Shown here piece after piece: positions 16,638 through 30,749 of a stretch of DNA of 56,227 nucleotides. The notes under the pieces were generated by a model, which searched no databases, had not been told where the DNA came from, and saw only the letters and a program-made list of their open reading frames with translations. Numbering within the stretch: the first letter of the stretch is position 1; the number at the start of each line of letters is the position of its first letter. The DNA comes from an uncultured bacterium (GTDB lineage: Bacteria; Bacillota_I; Bacilli_A; RFN20; CAG-826), in NCBI GenBank assembly GCA_949297055.1, contig CASFRI010000033.1, positions 1 to 56,227 on the forward strand. Reading direction: 5' to 3'. The position numbers were made by a program, and so were the translations under genes.

Positions 16638-19304
16638 TTAATCACTACGTAACGCTTCCACTGGGTCTTTTTTTGCTGCAATCAAAGAAGGAATCAAACC
16701 AGAAACGATATTTAAAATAACGCTGACAGCGACTAAGATTAAAGCATAATGCCACGGTAAGAAAGCAATGCTACCAATGTAAGTTTCGTTATATAAAGCG
16801 TTTATAATCGCATTTATCGGGAAACAAAGAAGAACAGACACTAAAACACCTATGATGCCAGAAGTCGCCCCTATAATAAAATTTTCCGATTGGAAAAGAC
16901 GCGAGACATCTCTTTTTCTTGCCCCTATCGCTCTTAAAATGCCAATTTCTTTCGTTCTTTCTAAAACTGAAACGTAAGTAATAATTGCAGTCATGACGCA
17001 AGAAACCAAAAGCGCACTACTAGCGAAAGCAATTAAAACAATGGATATTAAATTGATCATAATACCTAAAGCATCTGTAATTTCACCAATGGTGTCTGTA
17101 TAAATAATTTGTTCATCTTCTGGTAAATCTTTGTTCCATTCATCTAAATAAGCCATAATATCCGCTTTCGCATCTAAACTATTAGGGAAGATAACAATTG
17201 AAGTTACTAAAGAATAGAAAAGCAAGGAAGATAAATAAGACATGTAATTATCTTTTCTATTACTATATTCATTTGATAAATCACTAGAATATTTTAAACC
17301 AAGGTTTAAATAAGCACTTATTCCTACGGAAGTTAAATTAGATTCTCTAGGTGTAGAATTATTGCCTGGATCAAAAAAATAAAAAGCATGATTTATCAAA
17401 TCATAGACATTAGAGTAACTTCTAAATATTTCTAAAGCGGGGTCTTTGGGCTGATAATCTGGATCAAGATACATCTTATAAAGTTCATCCATGTTATCTA
17501 ATACAACTTGATCAATCACCCAGTTATTTTCATAAAGCGAAGCAGATATTTCTGAATTCATATTTTTATTAAAAATGGTTTCTTTTAATCCGCTTAAATA
17601 ACCAATCGAAGGTTGCATAATATCAAGATAAGAATTTTCTTTAACACGAATAATGCCACTTAAAGTTAAATTGATACCTTTGCTTGTGTCGTTCCAATAA
17701 GTGTATCTTTCTTCTTCATTATTATTAAAATCTGGTGCTTCATAACGATCAATATTCACCACCTGTGTATTTCCATGTAAATCGATGTAAGTACCAGTTC
17801 CTTGATATTTATTAACATAAATATCTTTGTTCGGGAACACTTTAAATTCATGACCAATTAAAGAATCAAAATCAATATATTCAGAGTAATTATTAGAATC
17901 GATAAGACCAAGGTTCACTAAGGCGTTACGATAAACGCGGTTATAAGAATCGACGATCAAAACAACCTCATTATCGTTTTTAGGGAATGAACCCGCAAGA
18001 ACATCATATAAAGATAAAATATATTCTTCGTCTCCATAAAGTTCGTGCCAAACAGTCGTAGGTAAAGCGGTTAAAGAAGAGACAACTTCGCTAGAAAAAG
18101 AACCAGTAGAGCCACTTTCATCAACTTTAACTATTTTTCCACTTGGGGTTTTAGAAAGTAAATTCATTTCTAGACCAGTTTGATTGAACATAACTGAACC
18201 TGATAAACCTTGTTCTTCTAAGCCTTTGACGTATTCGATATATTCAGGGGTAAAAACATTATAGTGATAATCGTAGACGGAAGTTGAACTAGATGAATAA
18301 GAAATGATTGAATCGCCTTCAGGGAACCTTTCATAAGTTGGTCCATCTTCCGTAACGCTTACCGTCGCTCTGGCGATGGAAATAGGTAAAGAATTCGCGG
18401 TCGTCGTTTCCACATTTGTGACGTAAGCGCTAAAGCCGCTAGATAAAGCTAAAACTAAAGCGACACCGATGATACCAAAAGAACCTGCTACAGCAGTTAA
18501 AGTTGTTCTTCCTTTTTTAGTAAAGATATTTTTAACACTTATTGAAGCTGCAGTCCAAAAAGACATCGAAGATTTTTTCTTACTTCTTGTTGCTTTAATA
18601 GCTTCTTTTTTTACTTCTTCTTTAATTCTTGGTTTATCGTTATCTTTGATAATTTCGCCATCTTTTAATCTAATCATGCGCGTCGCATATTTATCTGCGA
18701 TTTCTTCATTGTGCGTGACCATGATGACAAGTTTTCTTTTAGATATATCTTTTAAGATATCCATCACTTGGATAGAAGTTTTAGAATCTAAAGCTCCGGT
18801 AGGTTCATCCGCTAAGATGATATCGGGGTTATTTATTAAAGATCTCGCAATAGCGACTCTTTGCATTTGGCCGCCTGAAAGAGTATTAGGTTTCTTTTTT
18901 GCTTCTTTTTCTAAGCCAACCGTTTTTAAAACTTCTAAGGCACGTTGTTTTCTTTCAAGTTTAGAAACACCAGTAAGAGTTAAGGCTAATTCGACATTTT
19001 CTAAAACCGAAAGATGAGGAATTAAATTGTAATGTTGGAAGACGAAGCCAATTCTTTTATTTCGATAATCATCCCAATCGCTATCTTTATAAGTTTTTGT
19101 GGAAACATCGTTAATGATGATATCGCCTTCCGAATAATGATCTAGACCGCCTATAATGTTTAATAAAGTAGTCTTGCCACAACCAGAAGGACCAAGAATT
19201 GTTACAAACCCTTCATCTTCAAAAACTAAATTGATGTTATTTAATGCTCGAAAGGGAGTTTTATTTAGGTAATAATCTTTACAAATGTTTTTTAAGATGA
19301 GCAT
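16638..19304 (-). CDS. Fused ABC ATPase and FtsX-type permease (MacB-like) with a very large extracytoplasmic domain
   Basis: GPSGCGKTT, LSGGQMQR and ILADEPTGALD motifs, with C-terminal FtsX-like TM helices. I trimmed the start to MLILKNI, after GAAGGGGGTGA. Confidence 0.85.
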   Translation of the reverse strand: MLILKNICKDYYLNKTPFRALNNINLVFEDEGFVTILGPSGCGKTTLLNIIGGLDHYSEGDIIINDVSTKTYKDSDWDDYRNKRIGFVFQHYNLIPHLSVLENVELALTLTGVSKLERKQRALEVLKTVGLEKEAKKKPNTLSGGQMQRVAIARSLINNPDIILADEPTGALDSKTSIQVMDILKDISKRKLVIMVTHNEEIADKYATRMIRLKDGEIIKDNDKPRIKEEVKKEAIKATRSKKKSSMSFWTAASISVKNIFTKKGRTTLTAVAGSFGIIGVALVLALSSGFSAYVTNVETTTANSLPISIARATVSVTEDGPTYERFPEGDSIISYSSSSTSVYDYHYNVFTPEYIEYVKGLEEQGLSGSVMFNQTGLEMNLLSKTPSGKIVKVDESGSTGSFSSEVVSSLTALPTTVWHELYGDEEYILSLYDVLAGSFPKNDNEVVLIVDSYNRVYRNALVNLGLIDSNNYSEYIDFDSLIGHEFKVFPNKDIYVNKYQGTGTYIDLHGNTQVVNIDRYEAPDFNNNEEERYTYWNDTSKGINLTLSGIIRVKENSYLDIMQPSIGYLSGLKETIFNKNMNSEISASLYENNWVIDQVVLDNMDELYKMYLDPDYQPKDPALEIFRSYSNVYDLINHAFYFFDPGNNSTPRESNLTSVGISAYLNLGLKYSSDLSNEYSNRKDNYMSYLSSLLFYSLVTSIVIFPNSLDAKADIMAYLDEWNKDLPEDEQIIYTDTIGEITDALGIMINLISIVLIAFASSALLVSCVMTAIITYVSVLERTKEIGILRAIGARKRDVSRLFQSENFIIGATSGIIGVLVSVLLCFPINAIINALYNETYIGSIAFLPWHYALILVAVSVILNIVSGLIPSLIAAKKDPVEALRSD

Positions 19305-19411
19305 ATTATCACCCCCTTCACGTAAAAGAAATAATATAGAACTTTTAACAAAAGTTAAAGTAATAAAATTTAAGTTATACAAATTTGAGACTATTTGTTA
19401 TTCATTTTTAA

Positions 19412-19436
19412 GAAAAAAGCCTCACATTTGAGGCAA
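19412..19436 (-). terminator. Rho-independent terminator after the lipoprotein gene
   Basis: Stem GCCTCA / TGAGGC with a T-run on the minus strand. Confidence 0.75.
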
Positions 19437-19469
19437 AATCACTGCAAAAACCAAATAAATAGCAACTAA

Positions 19470-20426
19470 TTACTTTTCGTTAACGACTTCAAAATTAGCG
19501 ATATCCATAAGTCCACCATCGAAGGTGTTTTGATTCGAGTTTACTTGATAGACATAACTTTGCTTATCGATACGCTTAATAACTTCTTCCCCTGCGTCTA
19601 AATAATAAGTTTTTTCTTCTTGGTTTAAAGAAGATATTACTCCATTTGAAATAGTGACGTTAAAACTATATCTAAAATTTGTCGTTTCATCGTTTTGATT
19701 TATTTGATCAATGATAAGATTTATTTCAAAGTTATCGTTTTCACTTTTACTTTCAATTTCAATCGTATAGTTTTCTAATTCCGAAGCTGTAAGGATGTAT
19801 GTGATTGCATCAATTTTAATCTCGCTAGAATTCGCAAGTGTAATTGCGTCACGATAAACGTAATCTAAATAAGCATAAGAATCGACGTAAGAACCAACGA
19901 AGGATGACTTATTTGCGTTATCGTAAAAATCGTAATATCTGCTATTAATTAAATCGCGATTTATTTGTCGGTTATACGTGTAATCATAATTCGTAATCAC
20001 TAAATTTTCGTCGTAATAATAGCCGTTTCTAGTTTCTATCCCATCCACTAAAAGAAGTGAATTATCGTCGTTTTGGTAACGTTTTAATGTGTAAGTAATG
20101 TTTTCTAAGAAAATATCTTTATCAAGTGGTTGATCGAAAGTTTGATAATTCGCACTTAATCCAGTGCAAGTAACTTGATTAATAACATCGTCATTAGAGT
20201 CTAAATTATTTAAGATGGAAATTAATTCATCTTGGCTAATATTGTTTTTATCTGTAACCGCATTAATCACATCTAATAAAGTGGAATTATTTTTAAATTC
20301 AAAAGCATTCTCGCTTGGATCGACGGGTGGAGGAATATAAGGTGGCCTTGGCTCCACTTTTCCCCATTCGCAACTTGCAAGGCTAAGTCCTAATAACGGT
20401 AGCAAGATTAACGTTAATTTTTTCAT
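19470..20426 (-). CDS. Lipoprotein of unknown function
   Basis: Signal peptide MKKLTLILLPLLGLSLASC with lipobox LASC. Confidence 0.7.
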   Translation of the reverse strand: MKKLTLILLPLLGLSLASCEWGKVEPRPPYIPPPVDPSENAFEFKNNSTLLDVINAVTDKNNISQDELISILNNLDSNDDVINQVTCTGLSANYQTFDQPLDKDIFLENITYTLKRYQNDDNSLLLVDGIETRNGYYYDENLVITNYDYTYNRQINRDLINSRYYDFYDNANKSSFVGSYVDSYAYLDYVYRDAITLANSSEIKIDAITYILTASELENYTIEIESKSENDNFEINLIIDQINQNDETTNFRYSFNVTISNGVISSLNQEEKTYYLDAGEEVIKRIDKQSYVYQVNSNQNTFDGGLMDIANFEVVNEK

Positions 20427-20441
20427 AACAAATTTATTATA

Positions 20442-20927
20442 TCATTGATTAAGTAATTTTTCTTTTTCTCTTTTAATTTTAAAAAATTCTTTTAATAAAG
20501 CTGCACACTCTTCTTTTAAAACACCGCCTCTAATTTGAGGGCGATGATTGATGTTAGGAACTTTAAATAAGTCAAAAGATGAACCTAATGCCCCACCTTT
20601 AATATCTTCAGTTCCATAAATTACTTCGCTAAACCTTGACCAAAGAATTGCCCCTGCGCACATCGCACAAGGTTCAACCGTCACATAAATTTTATAACCT
20701 GGCAACCTCCAAGTATGAAGTTTCTTGTTCAATTTCTTAATAGCGTTAATTTCTGCATGGGCTAAGACATCTTGTTTAGCTTCGCGCAAATTATGTCCTC
20801 TCGCTACTATCTTATCGTTATAAACGATAACTGCGCCAATAGGAACTTCATCTATCTGAAAAGCCTTCTTTGCTTCTTTCAAGGCTTCTTTCATAAAATA
20901 TTTATCGTCTTTAATAATTTTATTCAT
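20442..20927 (-). CDS. tadA: tRNA adenosine(34) deaminase
   Basis: HAEINAI and PCAMCAGA zinc-binding motifs. Confidence 0.9.
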   Translation of the reverse strand: MNKIIKDDKYFMKEALKEAKKAFQIDEVPIGAVIVYNDKIVARGHNLREAKQDVLAHAEINAIKKLNKKLHTWRLPGYKIYVTVEPCAMCAGAILWSRFSEVIYGTEDIKGGALGSSFDLFKVPNINHRPQIRGGVLKEECAALLKEFFKIKREKEKLLNQ

Positions 20928-20935
20928 CGCTATAA

Positions 20936-21024
20936 AAAGTCAAACCACCGCGCATAGAGTGATTACTTAAGGCTGCTATATTCCTATCCTGACCTGGTTC
21001 ATAACCCCTCTATCGCAGTGGCAA
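20936..21024 (-). ncRNA. ffs: Small SRP RNA (4.5S / scRNA type)
   Basis: The minus strand reads ACCAGGUCAGGAUAGGAAUAUAGCAGCC, the domain IV motif. The flanks CCACUGCGAUAGAG and CUCUAUGCGCGGUGG pair. TATAAT lies at 21030..21035. tadA-scr adjacency is known from Bacillus. Confidence 0.85.
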
Positions 21025-21078
21025 GTAATATTATAGATAAAAAGTTTATAATTCGCATTAAAGAAATGTTTTATATAA

Positions 21079-21107
21079 TAAAAAAGTCGCACTGTAGAAA
21101 TGCGACA
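21079..21107 (-). terminator. serS terminator
   Basis: Stem GTCGCA / TGCGAC, followed by T6 on the minus strand. Confidence 0.75.
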
Positions 21108-21145
21108 TAAAATAAAGCATCTATGGGAAGACAAAGTAATGATAC

Positions 21146-22429
21146 TTATTTTTTCTTAAGGAAAATATATTCTTCGCCATTCATGAACGGACGAAGTACT
21201 TCAGGAATTTTAACTGATCCATCAGCTTGTTGATATTGTTCTAGAATTGCCGGGAACACACGAGACGTCGCTAAGCCTGAGCCATTAAGCGTATGCATGA
21301 ACTTATTTTGGCCAGTAGCTTTGTCTTTATATCTCATTTTACCTCTTCTTGCCTGATAATCTCTAGCGTTACTGACACTTGAGACTTCTTTATAAATATC
21401 TAAACTTGGAAAATAAACTTCAATATCGTAGGTTCTTGCCATCGAAGCACTACAATCCGCGGCGGCAAGTTTCGAAACTCGATAATGTAAACCTAATTTA
21501 TCCATTAACGACTTTGCTTTATTAAGTAGTTCTTCAAAAGCACAATTAGAATCTTTTTCGGTCGTATATTGCACCATTTCAACTTTGTTGAATTGATAAC
21601 CTCTAATCGTTCCTCTTTCCACTGATCTATATGAGCCGGCTTCTTTTCTAAAGCAAGGAGTGTAAGCAAAGAATTTTTGAGGTAAATCATCTTCGTTTAA
21701 AATTTCACCGCGGTAATAGTTCACTAATGAAGTTTCGGCTGTAGGAAGTAAGAATTTATGAGGTTCGACGTTTTCGATTAAGAAAACATCGTTTTGGAAT
21801 TTAGGGAATTGACCTGAAACAAGTCCGCTTTCAAGATTTAAAAGCAAAGGTGAAAGTATGAACTTATAACCATCTTTTAAGTGTTCTTGAATGAAGAAAT
21901 TTAAAAGCGCCCATTCAAGTCTTGCCCCGTCTCCGGTATAAAACCAGTTTCCGTGACCCGCCACTTTTACGCCCCTTTCATAGTCAATTAAACCAAGGTT
22001 TTCTTCTAAAGTAACATGATCTAAAACTTTAAAATTAAATGATGGTTTCACACCTCTAACATCGATGACTTGATTGTTTTCTTTTTCACCAGGAAAAAGG
22101 TCATCATCGGGAATGTTTGGTAAGACGATTAAGAAATCGTAAATCTTTTTTTCTAACATTTCTAAATCGCTTCTTTTTTCTTCGATCGCTGTTTTAAGTT
22201 CGCTTACTTGTTTTTTAATTTCTTCTTTTTTAAAAGGATCATCTTTATATTTAGGAAATTCTTTTGATAATCTATTTTGAGCAGCTTGATTTTCTTCGAT
22301 TTCATGAAGTAATTTACGTCTATCTTCATCCATTTTTAAAACGATAGACATATCGACATGACATTCTTTTTTCGCTAAAGCGGCTTCAATTTTTTTTGGG
22401 TTTTCGCGAATGAGATTTAAATCTAACAT
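21146..22429 (-). CDS. serS: Seryl-tRNA synthetase
   Basis: Canonical MLDLNLIRENP N-terminus with class II motifs. I trimmed the track ORF from 22468. Confidence 0.9.
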   Translation of the reverse strand: MLDLNLIRENPKKIEAALAKKECHVDMSIVLKMDEDRRKLLHEIEENQAAQNRLSKEFPKYKDDPFKKEEIKKQVSELKTAIEEKRSDLEMLEKKIYDFLIVLPNIPDDDLFPGEKENNQVIDVRGVKPSFNFKVLDHVTLEENLGLIDYERGVKVAGHGNWFYTGDGARLEWALLNFFIQEHLKDGYKFILSPLLLNLESGLVSGQFPKFQNDVFLIENVEPHKFLLPTAETSLVNYYRGEILNEDDLPQKFFAYTPCFRKEAGSYRSVERGTIRGYQFNKVEMVQYTTEKDSNCAFEELLNKAKSLMDKLGLHYRVSKLAAADCSASMARTYDIEVYFPSLDIYKEVSSVSNARDYQARRGKMRYKDKATGQNKFMHTLNGSGLATSRVFPAILEQYQQADGSVKIPEVLRPFMNGEEYIFLKKK

Positions 22430-22433
22430 GGAG

Positions 22434-23459
22434 TTATTCCTTCTTTCCTTTTTCGCTTTGTGTTTCAATTAAATGTTCGTAATGATTTTTTAAGAAAATT
22501 CCTAATTTTTCTAAAGGTTCACTAATGGCGATTTCATAAGCTTTATCAACCGTACTAGGAATTTCTTTATTTAAAAATTTAGTTAAGGTATTAATTAGAT
22601 CCATGCCTGAAAGGCATACATAACCTGTCACACCATCAATTATTTCATCTTTAAAGATAGTTTTATTTAGGGCGATGATTTGTGTTTTCGAGGCCATTGC
22701 ATCCATTAAAGTAACGACGCCAGACATCGTATAACCAGGTAAAATGTAGGCTAAGGCATTCATCATTCCTGAACGATAAACATCATCAGGAATTAAAGGG
22801 TTAAAATAAGTGTTTTTTGGCTTTCTTCTCAACAATTTTTTAACAAGCCTTGGTAAGGAGAACCACTTCTTTGATTGACCAAAGAAATAAAAATCTACTT
22901 CCGGGAATCTTTTCGCTACTTGGACGAATGTTTCAACAGCGTCAGGGTTATCATATTCCCCTGTGCAAATGATCATTTCTTTGCTCGGCTCTCTTTGGAA
23001 ATAACGCCAGAACAATTCTTTTTCGATATCTCTATCGAATTTGAATCTAGCTTGGTTGACAGCGCAAGGACAAGTAACAATTGTTGCTTCCACTCCTTCG
23101 TCTTTTAAAAACGCTTTTGCCCCGTCGGAAGGAACAAAAATTAAAGAAGCATAATTAAGTGCTTTTAAGGCGCTTGGAATAAGATGAGGGATGCCAGTCG
23201 ACTTATCAATGTAACGGGCTAATGGGTCACCTTCAGTATAAAGAGCGCTATAAACAACTGGGATGTTATTAAATTTAGCATTTTCAGCAATAGCAAAGTC
23301 AAGCGGAGAAATAAGATGAACGATATCGTAATCATCGCTCGTATCTAAGCTATATTCTACTTCCAAGCGATTTAAAGCTCCGACGATAGTCTTTCTAAGA
23401 CGATCGCCTTCAAAATTTGCTTTATGTTTTTCGCTTGGGAAGTAGACTAAAACTTTCAT
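22434..23459 (-). CDS. Glycosyltransferase (GT-B, GT4-like)
   Basis: General GT4-like layout with a C-terminal E-x7-E-like region. This is a weak motif-level call. Confidence 0.5.
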   Translation of the reverse strand: MKVLVYFPSEKHKANFEGDRLRKTIVGALNRLEVEYSLDTSDDYDIVHLISPLDFAIAENAKFNNIPVVYSALYTEGDPLARYIDKSTGIPHLIPSALKALNYASLIFVPSDGAKAFLKDEGVEATIVTCPCAVNQARFKFDRDIEKELFWRYFQREPSKEMIICTGEYDNPDAVETFVQVAKRFPEVDFYFFGQSKKWFSLPRLVKKLLRRKPKNTYFNPLIPDDVYRSGMMNALAYILPGYTMSGVVTLMDAMASKTQIIALNKTIFKDEIIDGVTGYVCLSGMDLINTLTKFLNKEIPSTVDKAYEIAISEPLEKLGIFLKNHYEHLIETQSEKGKKE

Positions 23460-23468
23460 TTTTACCTC

Positions 23469-26054
23469 TTATTCCGCGGGTTTTTCCGTGGTTTCTTCGT
23501 TTGTAGCGTCACTTTCTTCTTCAATTTCTTCTTCGTGCGGGACGATAGCGACACTAGAAACTTTGCGCTTGTTATCAAGTTGAATGATACGTACACCTTG
23601 CGTATTTCTAGATGCAATACGCACTTGTTCAAGTGGTGTACGGATGATAACACCATTATCGGTGACAACCATCAAATCTTCGTTTCCATTAACCATAGCG
23701 ACACATACAATATTACCAACTTTTTCAGTTGCCTTCAAAGTTTTAACACCTTTTGTGCCGCGATTAGTCATACGGTATTCATCAAATGAAGTCATCTTAC
23801 CATAACCATTTTCAGATAAGACGAGGACTAAATTTCCTTCTTCATTAGTGATTGCTCCAATACATTCTCCACCATCAGTGTTCATTGCTTTGACGCCGCT
23901 TGCGGTTCTACCCATCGCTCTTGCGTCATTTTCATCGAATTTAACCATTTTGCCAAGGCTAGAAGCAATACCAATAATAGCGGATCCGGAAGTATGTTTA
24001 ACATCAAGTAACATATCATCATCTCTTAAAGAGATGGCAATCTTACCATTTTGTCTAATAGAAAGGAATTCTTCAATCTTTGTACGTTTGATTAAGCCTT
24101 TCTTAGTAATGAAGGAAAGATAAGTTCCTTCACCATAGTGATCAAGAGGAATGATAGCGATTACTTTTTCATTTTCATCTAAATTAATAAGGTTTTGGAT
24201 AGGTAAACCTTTAGATTCTCTACTATAAGCAGGGATTTGATGCGCTCTCATACGATAAACCTTACCTAAGGTTGTAAAGAATAATAAGTCCGTGTGAGTG
24301 ATAGTGTAAACTAAAATCTTCACTGCATCATTTTCATGTGTACGCGTTCCTCTTATACCTTTACCGCCTCTATTTTGCGTATGGAAGGTATCAACTGTTT
24401 GACGTTTCACGTATCCACCAGCGGTCAAAGTGATGACGATATTTTCCACCGGAATTAAGTCTTCATCTTCGATCGTTGATAAGGCATCAGAAATTTCCGT
24501 CTTACGTTCATCTTTATAACGATTCTTAATTTCTTCTAATTCATCGAGAACAACGCCTTGAAGTTTCATTCTATCGCTAAGTAAGTCGCGGTAGTAGGCA
24601 ATATTCTTTTCGAGTTGAATTCTTTCTTGTTTAAGTTTTTCGATTTCGATGCCAGATAATCTTCTTAATGGAAGCGCTAGGATGGCTTGTGTTTGAGCAT
24701 CACTAAAACCAAATCTAGCGATTAAGGTTTTCGCGCTTGCTTCCGCACTTTCACTAGCGACGATAATATCAACCACTTCTTTAATGTTTTCTCTAGCTTT
24801 AAGTAAACCTAAAACAATATGATCTCTTTGTTCATCTTTTCTAAGACGATATTTCGTCCTTCTTTCGATAACTTCGATTTGGAAATTTAAGTATTCTTGT
24901 AATAAATCTTTAATACCTAACACCTTTGGAACATTATTCACTAAGCAAAGGTTAATGATACCGTAAGATACTTGTAACTGTGTGTTTTTATAAAGTTGAT
25001 TTAATAATACTTCTGGGATGATATCTTTTCTTACTTCGATGACTACTCTAATACCTTCGTGGTTAGATTCATCACGAATGTCGGTAATACCATCGATTAT
25101 CTTGTTTTTAACAAGATCAGCAATCTTTTCAATCATCGTCGCTTTGTTAACTTGGTAAGGAATTTCGGTAACGATAATAGATTTTTTACCATTCGCGTGT
25201 TCTTCAATTTCACATTTAGAACGAATGGTAATGGTTCCTTGACCAGTTTCATAAGCTTGTTTGATACCACTTCTTCCTAAAATGATACCGCCAGTTGGGA
25301 AATCCGGCCCATGAATCGAATTAGCCATAATTTCTTCGACGCTTATTTCAGGGTTAAGAGCTACTACGCGAATACCATCGATAATTTCTGCTAGGTTGTG
25401 GGGCGGCATATTTGTAGCCATACCAACTGCGATACCAGAACTACCATTAATTAATAAGTTAGGAATTCTAGAAGGTAAAATAGATGGTTCTCTTTCTGTT
25501 CCATCATAGTTATCGACAAAGTCGATGGTGTCGTCATTAATGTCTCTTACCATCTCTAAAGAGAGTTTGGACATTCTTGCTTCAGTGTAACGCATCGCTG
25601 CCGCTTCATCACCATCGACCGAACCAAAGTTACCATGACCATCAACAAGCATATAACGCATGGAGAAAGGCTGCGCTAATCTAACTAAAGTTGAATAAAT
25701 AGCTGCGTCACCGTGTGGGTGATATTTACCCATGACGTCACCGACGATACGAGCACATTTCTTATAAGGTTTATCAGGAGTAATACCTGATTCATTCATG
25801 CCGAAGATGATACGTCTATGAACTGGTTTTAAACCATCACGCACATCCGGTAAGGCACGAGCGACGATGACGCTCATGGCGTAATCTAAGAAGGAACTTC
25901 TTACTTCTTTAGCGATATCAACATCTACTAAGCCTGGAACAATGCCAGCACTAGCGTCGCCATCATCATTTCCACCCTCTTCGCTTACGGGTGTTTCTTC
26001 TTCTAATTCTTCATCATTTTCTTCGTTGATGATTTTATCTTCTTCTTCAAACAT
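23469..26054 (-). CDS. gyrA: DNA gyrase subunit A, with acidic N- and C-terminal extensions
   Basis: [27 protein letters not shown] and AAMRYTE motifs. Confidence 0.95.
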   Translation of the reverse strand: MFEEEDKIINEENDEELEEETPVSEEGGNDDGDASAGIVPGLVDVDIAKEVRSSFLDYAMSVIVARALPDVRDGLKPVHRRIIFGMNESGITPDKPYKKCARIVGDVMGKYHPHGDAAIYSTLVRLAQPFSMRYMLVDGHGNFGSVDGDEAAAMRYTEARMSKLSLEMVRDINDDTIDFVDNYDGTEREPSILPSRIPNLLINGSSGIAVGMATNMPPHNLAEIIDGIRVVALNPEISVEEIMANSIHGPDFPTGGIILGRSGIKQAYETGQGTITIRSKCEIEEHANGKKSIIVTEIPYQVNKATMIEKIADLVKNKIIDGITDIRDESNHEGIRVVIEVRKDIIPEVLLNQLYKNTQLQVSYGIINLCLVNNVPKVLGIKDLLQEYLNFQIEVIERRTKYRLRKDEQRDHIVLGLLKARENIKEVVDIIVASESAEASAKTLIARFGFSDAQTQAILALPLRRLSGIEIEKLKQERIQLEKNIAYYRDLLSDRMKLQGVVLDELEEIKNRYKDERKTEISDALSTIEDEDLIPVENIVITLTAGGYVKRQTVDTFHTQNRGGKGIRGTRTHENDAVKILVYTITHTDLLFFTTLGKVYRMRAHQIPAYSRESKGLPIQNLINLDENEKVIAIIPLDHYGEGTYLSFITKKGLIKRTKIEEFLSIRQNGKIAISLRDDDMLLDVKHTSGSAIIGIASSLGKMVKFDENDARAMGRTASGVKAMNTDGGECIGAITNEEGNLVLVLSENGYGKMTSFDEYRMTNRGTKGVKTLKATEKVGNIVCVAMVNGNEDLMVVTDNGVIIRTPLEQVRIASRNTQGVRIIQLDNKRKVSSVAIVPHEEEIEEESDATNEETTEKPAE

Positions 26055-26074
26055 TATTTATTACCACCTTTCTA

Positions 26075-29149
<3,075 letters not shown>

Positions 29150-29163
<14 letters not shown>

Positions 29164-29383
29164 CTTCTTTCAAATGGTAAGTAATTTGGTCGATGACCAC
29201 GTAAGAACAATTGTAGAGTTTCCTACCTCTTCTAGTTTCTTTTTCACCGTCGACTGAAACTTCATGCATCGCTAAGAAAATTTTAGCTTCGCCACCAGAT
29301 TCGATAAGGTCTAATTTTTTGAGCAATTGCCCCAAAGTGAGAAATGGACCTTTAAAGACGATAATTTGCTCTTTTTTATTCAT
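29150..29383 (-). CDS. yaaA: S4-domain RNA-binding protein YaaA
   Basis: A 77-aa ORF between dnaN and recF, as in Firmicutes, with an S4-like sequence. Confidence 0.75.
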
Positions 29384-29414
29384 ATAATAAAAACCCTACG
29401 CAGTAATTATACTA

Positions 29415-29451
29415 AAAATAAAATAAAAAGGGAATAACAATTTATTCCCTT
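29415..29451 (-). terminator. dnaN terminator
   Basis: Stem AGGGAATAA / TTATTCCCT, followed by a T-rich run on the minus strand. Confidence 0.7.
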
Positions 29452-29484
29452 GAATTCGTGAGCTTAAAATCGGCTATTTTTGGC

Positions 29485-30606
29485 TTAATAAACGCGTCTT
29501 GGCGTCACTAATTGGACGATGGAGTCATCTTTAGTGGACTTGACCGCAAAAGGCTTCATTTCGCCTAAAAACGCTAAGATGACATCGGTTGTTCCAGCTG
29601 CCTTGATCGCTTGAGCAGCATAAGAAGAATTAAAACTCACTTCTAGTGGTTCATTTTGATATTGGAAAACGCTAATTTCTTCACTAGCGGAACCGTTTTG
29701 TGAATCTTTAGAAGATACTTCGACGCTCGATTCTGACATTTTTAAAGTGACGATGTTATCTCTTTCTAAAGAAAGAGTTGATACTCTATCCATCGCTGAA
29801 AGTAGCTCTTGCGCATTAATTTCTAAGAAATAATTAAAGCTATTTGGAATGATTGCTTTGGCGTTAGGGAAGTCACCAGCGGCGTATCTAACAGAAACGA
29901 TTGTTTTGCCAAAGACAAACAAAGCTTTTTTAACATCAAAATAAATACGAACGTTTTCTTCACCATCGATTAGTCTTGCTACTTCTTGTGCCATTTTGGC
30001 AGGAACATTTGCAACGAATGATTCACTAGTATCTAAATCGGCTTCAATTCTAGCAAGTCTAAATCCATCTGTAGTAGTGCACGCTAAACGACCATTTACT
30101 GCTTCAAAATTAATAGCAGTAAGAACTGGCCTTTGTTCTTTTGTAGAAGCGGCAAAAGCAACCGTATCCACTAATTTAGAAAACAAAGAAGCTTTCATTC
30201 CAACTTCGACGCCTTTTTCTTCCATATCGAAATCAGGATATTCTTCCGCTCTTGCAGAATTAAGATTAAATCCTGAATTACCATATTTGATTTTAACAAT
30301 TGTTTCATCAAAGATGTCGAACGTTAACGTGTCTCTTTCGCATTTACGAACAATTTCTGTAAGTAAGCGACCATTTACTAACGCTCCACCATACTTGATG
30401 TTACTAATTACCTCTTCACCATTTTCTTTCAATGGAACACTTGTTTTAATTGTTATGTCGTTATTACTCCCTGTAATGTGTAAGCCTTCTTCATCTAATT
30501 CAAGTTTTAAAGAATTAAGAATTGGTAGTGCAACTTTAGAAGAAAGCGCTCTATTAGCAATGTTGAGTGCTTTAAGAAAGACATCTTTTCTTATTGTAAA
30601 TATCAT
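29485..30606 (-). CDS. dnaN: DNA polymerase III beta sliding clamp
   Basis: Full-length DnaN-like sequence immediately downstream of dnaA. Confidence 0.95.
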   Translation of the reverse strand: MIFTIRKDVFLKALNIANRALSSKVALPILNSLKLELDEEGLHITGSNNDITIKTSVPLKENGEEVISNIKYGGALVNGRLLTEIVRKCERDTLTFDIFDETIVKIKYGNSGFNLNSARAEEYPDFDMEEKGVEVGMKASLFSKLVDTVAFAASTKEQRPVLTAINFEAVNGRLACTTTDGFRLARIEADLDTSESFVANVPAKMAQEVARLIDGEENVRIYFDVKKALFVFGKTIVSVRYAAGDFPNAKAIIPNSFNYFLEINAQELLSAMDRVSTLSLERDNIVTLKMSESSVEVSSKDSQNGSASEEISVFQYQNEPLEVSFNSSYAAQAIKAAGTTDVILAFLGEMKPFAVKSTKDDSIVQLVTPRRVY

Positions 30607-30627
30607 ATTATCTCTCCTTCTTTATTA

Positions 30628-30673
30628 TAAATAATAATAATAACGGTTGTGGATTTTGTGGATTTTGTGGAAA
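30628..30673. other. oriC part 2: TAA trinucleotide run, then CGG, then three head-to-tail DnaA-box-like 9-mers
   Basis: TAA x4 at 30632..30643, then CGG, then TTGTGGATT (30647..30655), TTGTGGATT (30656..30664) and TTGTGGAAA (30665..30673). Confidence 0.75.
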
Positions 30674-30749
30674 AATCATTTTCACTACTTTTAAATTTTA
30701 TCACAATATGTTTGCTCTTTGAACAATTTTTATTTTGTTAAAATAACAA

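Noticed and set aside
18469-19017. A 182-aa plus-strand ORF. Similar shadow ORFs occur at 26610..27002, 13204..13500, 9195..9470, 23462..23668, 14693..15202 and 51653..51925.
   Set aside because: All lie antisense inside well-supported genes (ABC transporter, gyrB, psuG, mscL, gyrA, P-type ATPase, hipA) and have no RBS.
22430-22470. A T-box leader upstream of serS.
   Set aside because: Only 4 nt separate serS from the upstream glycosyltransferase stop, leaving no room for a leader.
29996-30634. A 212-aa plus-strand ORF.
   Set aside because: It is entirely antisense to dnaN. Its composition is low-complexity Ser/Leu-rich, typical of a shadow ORF.
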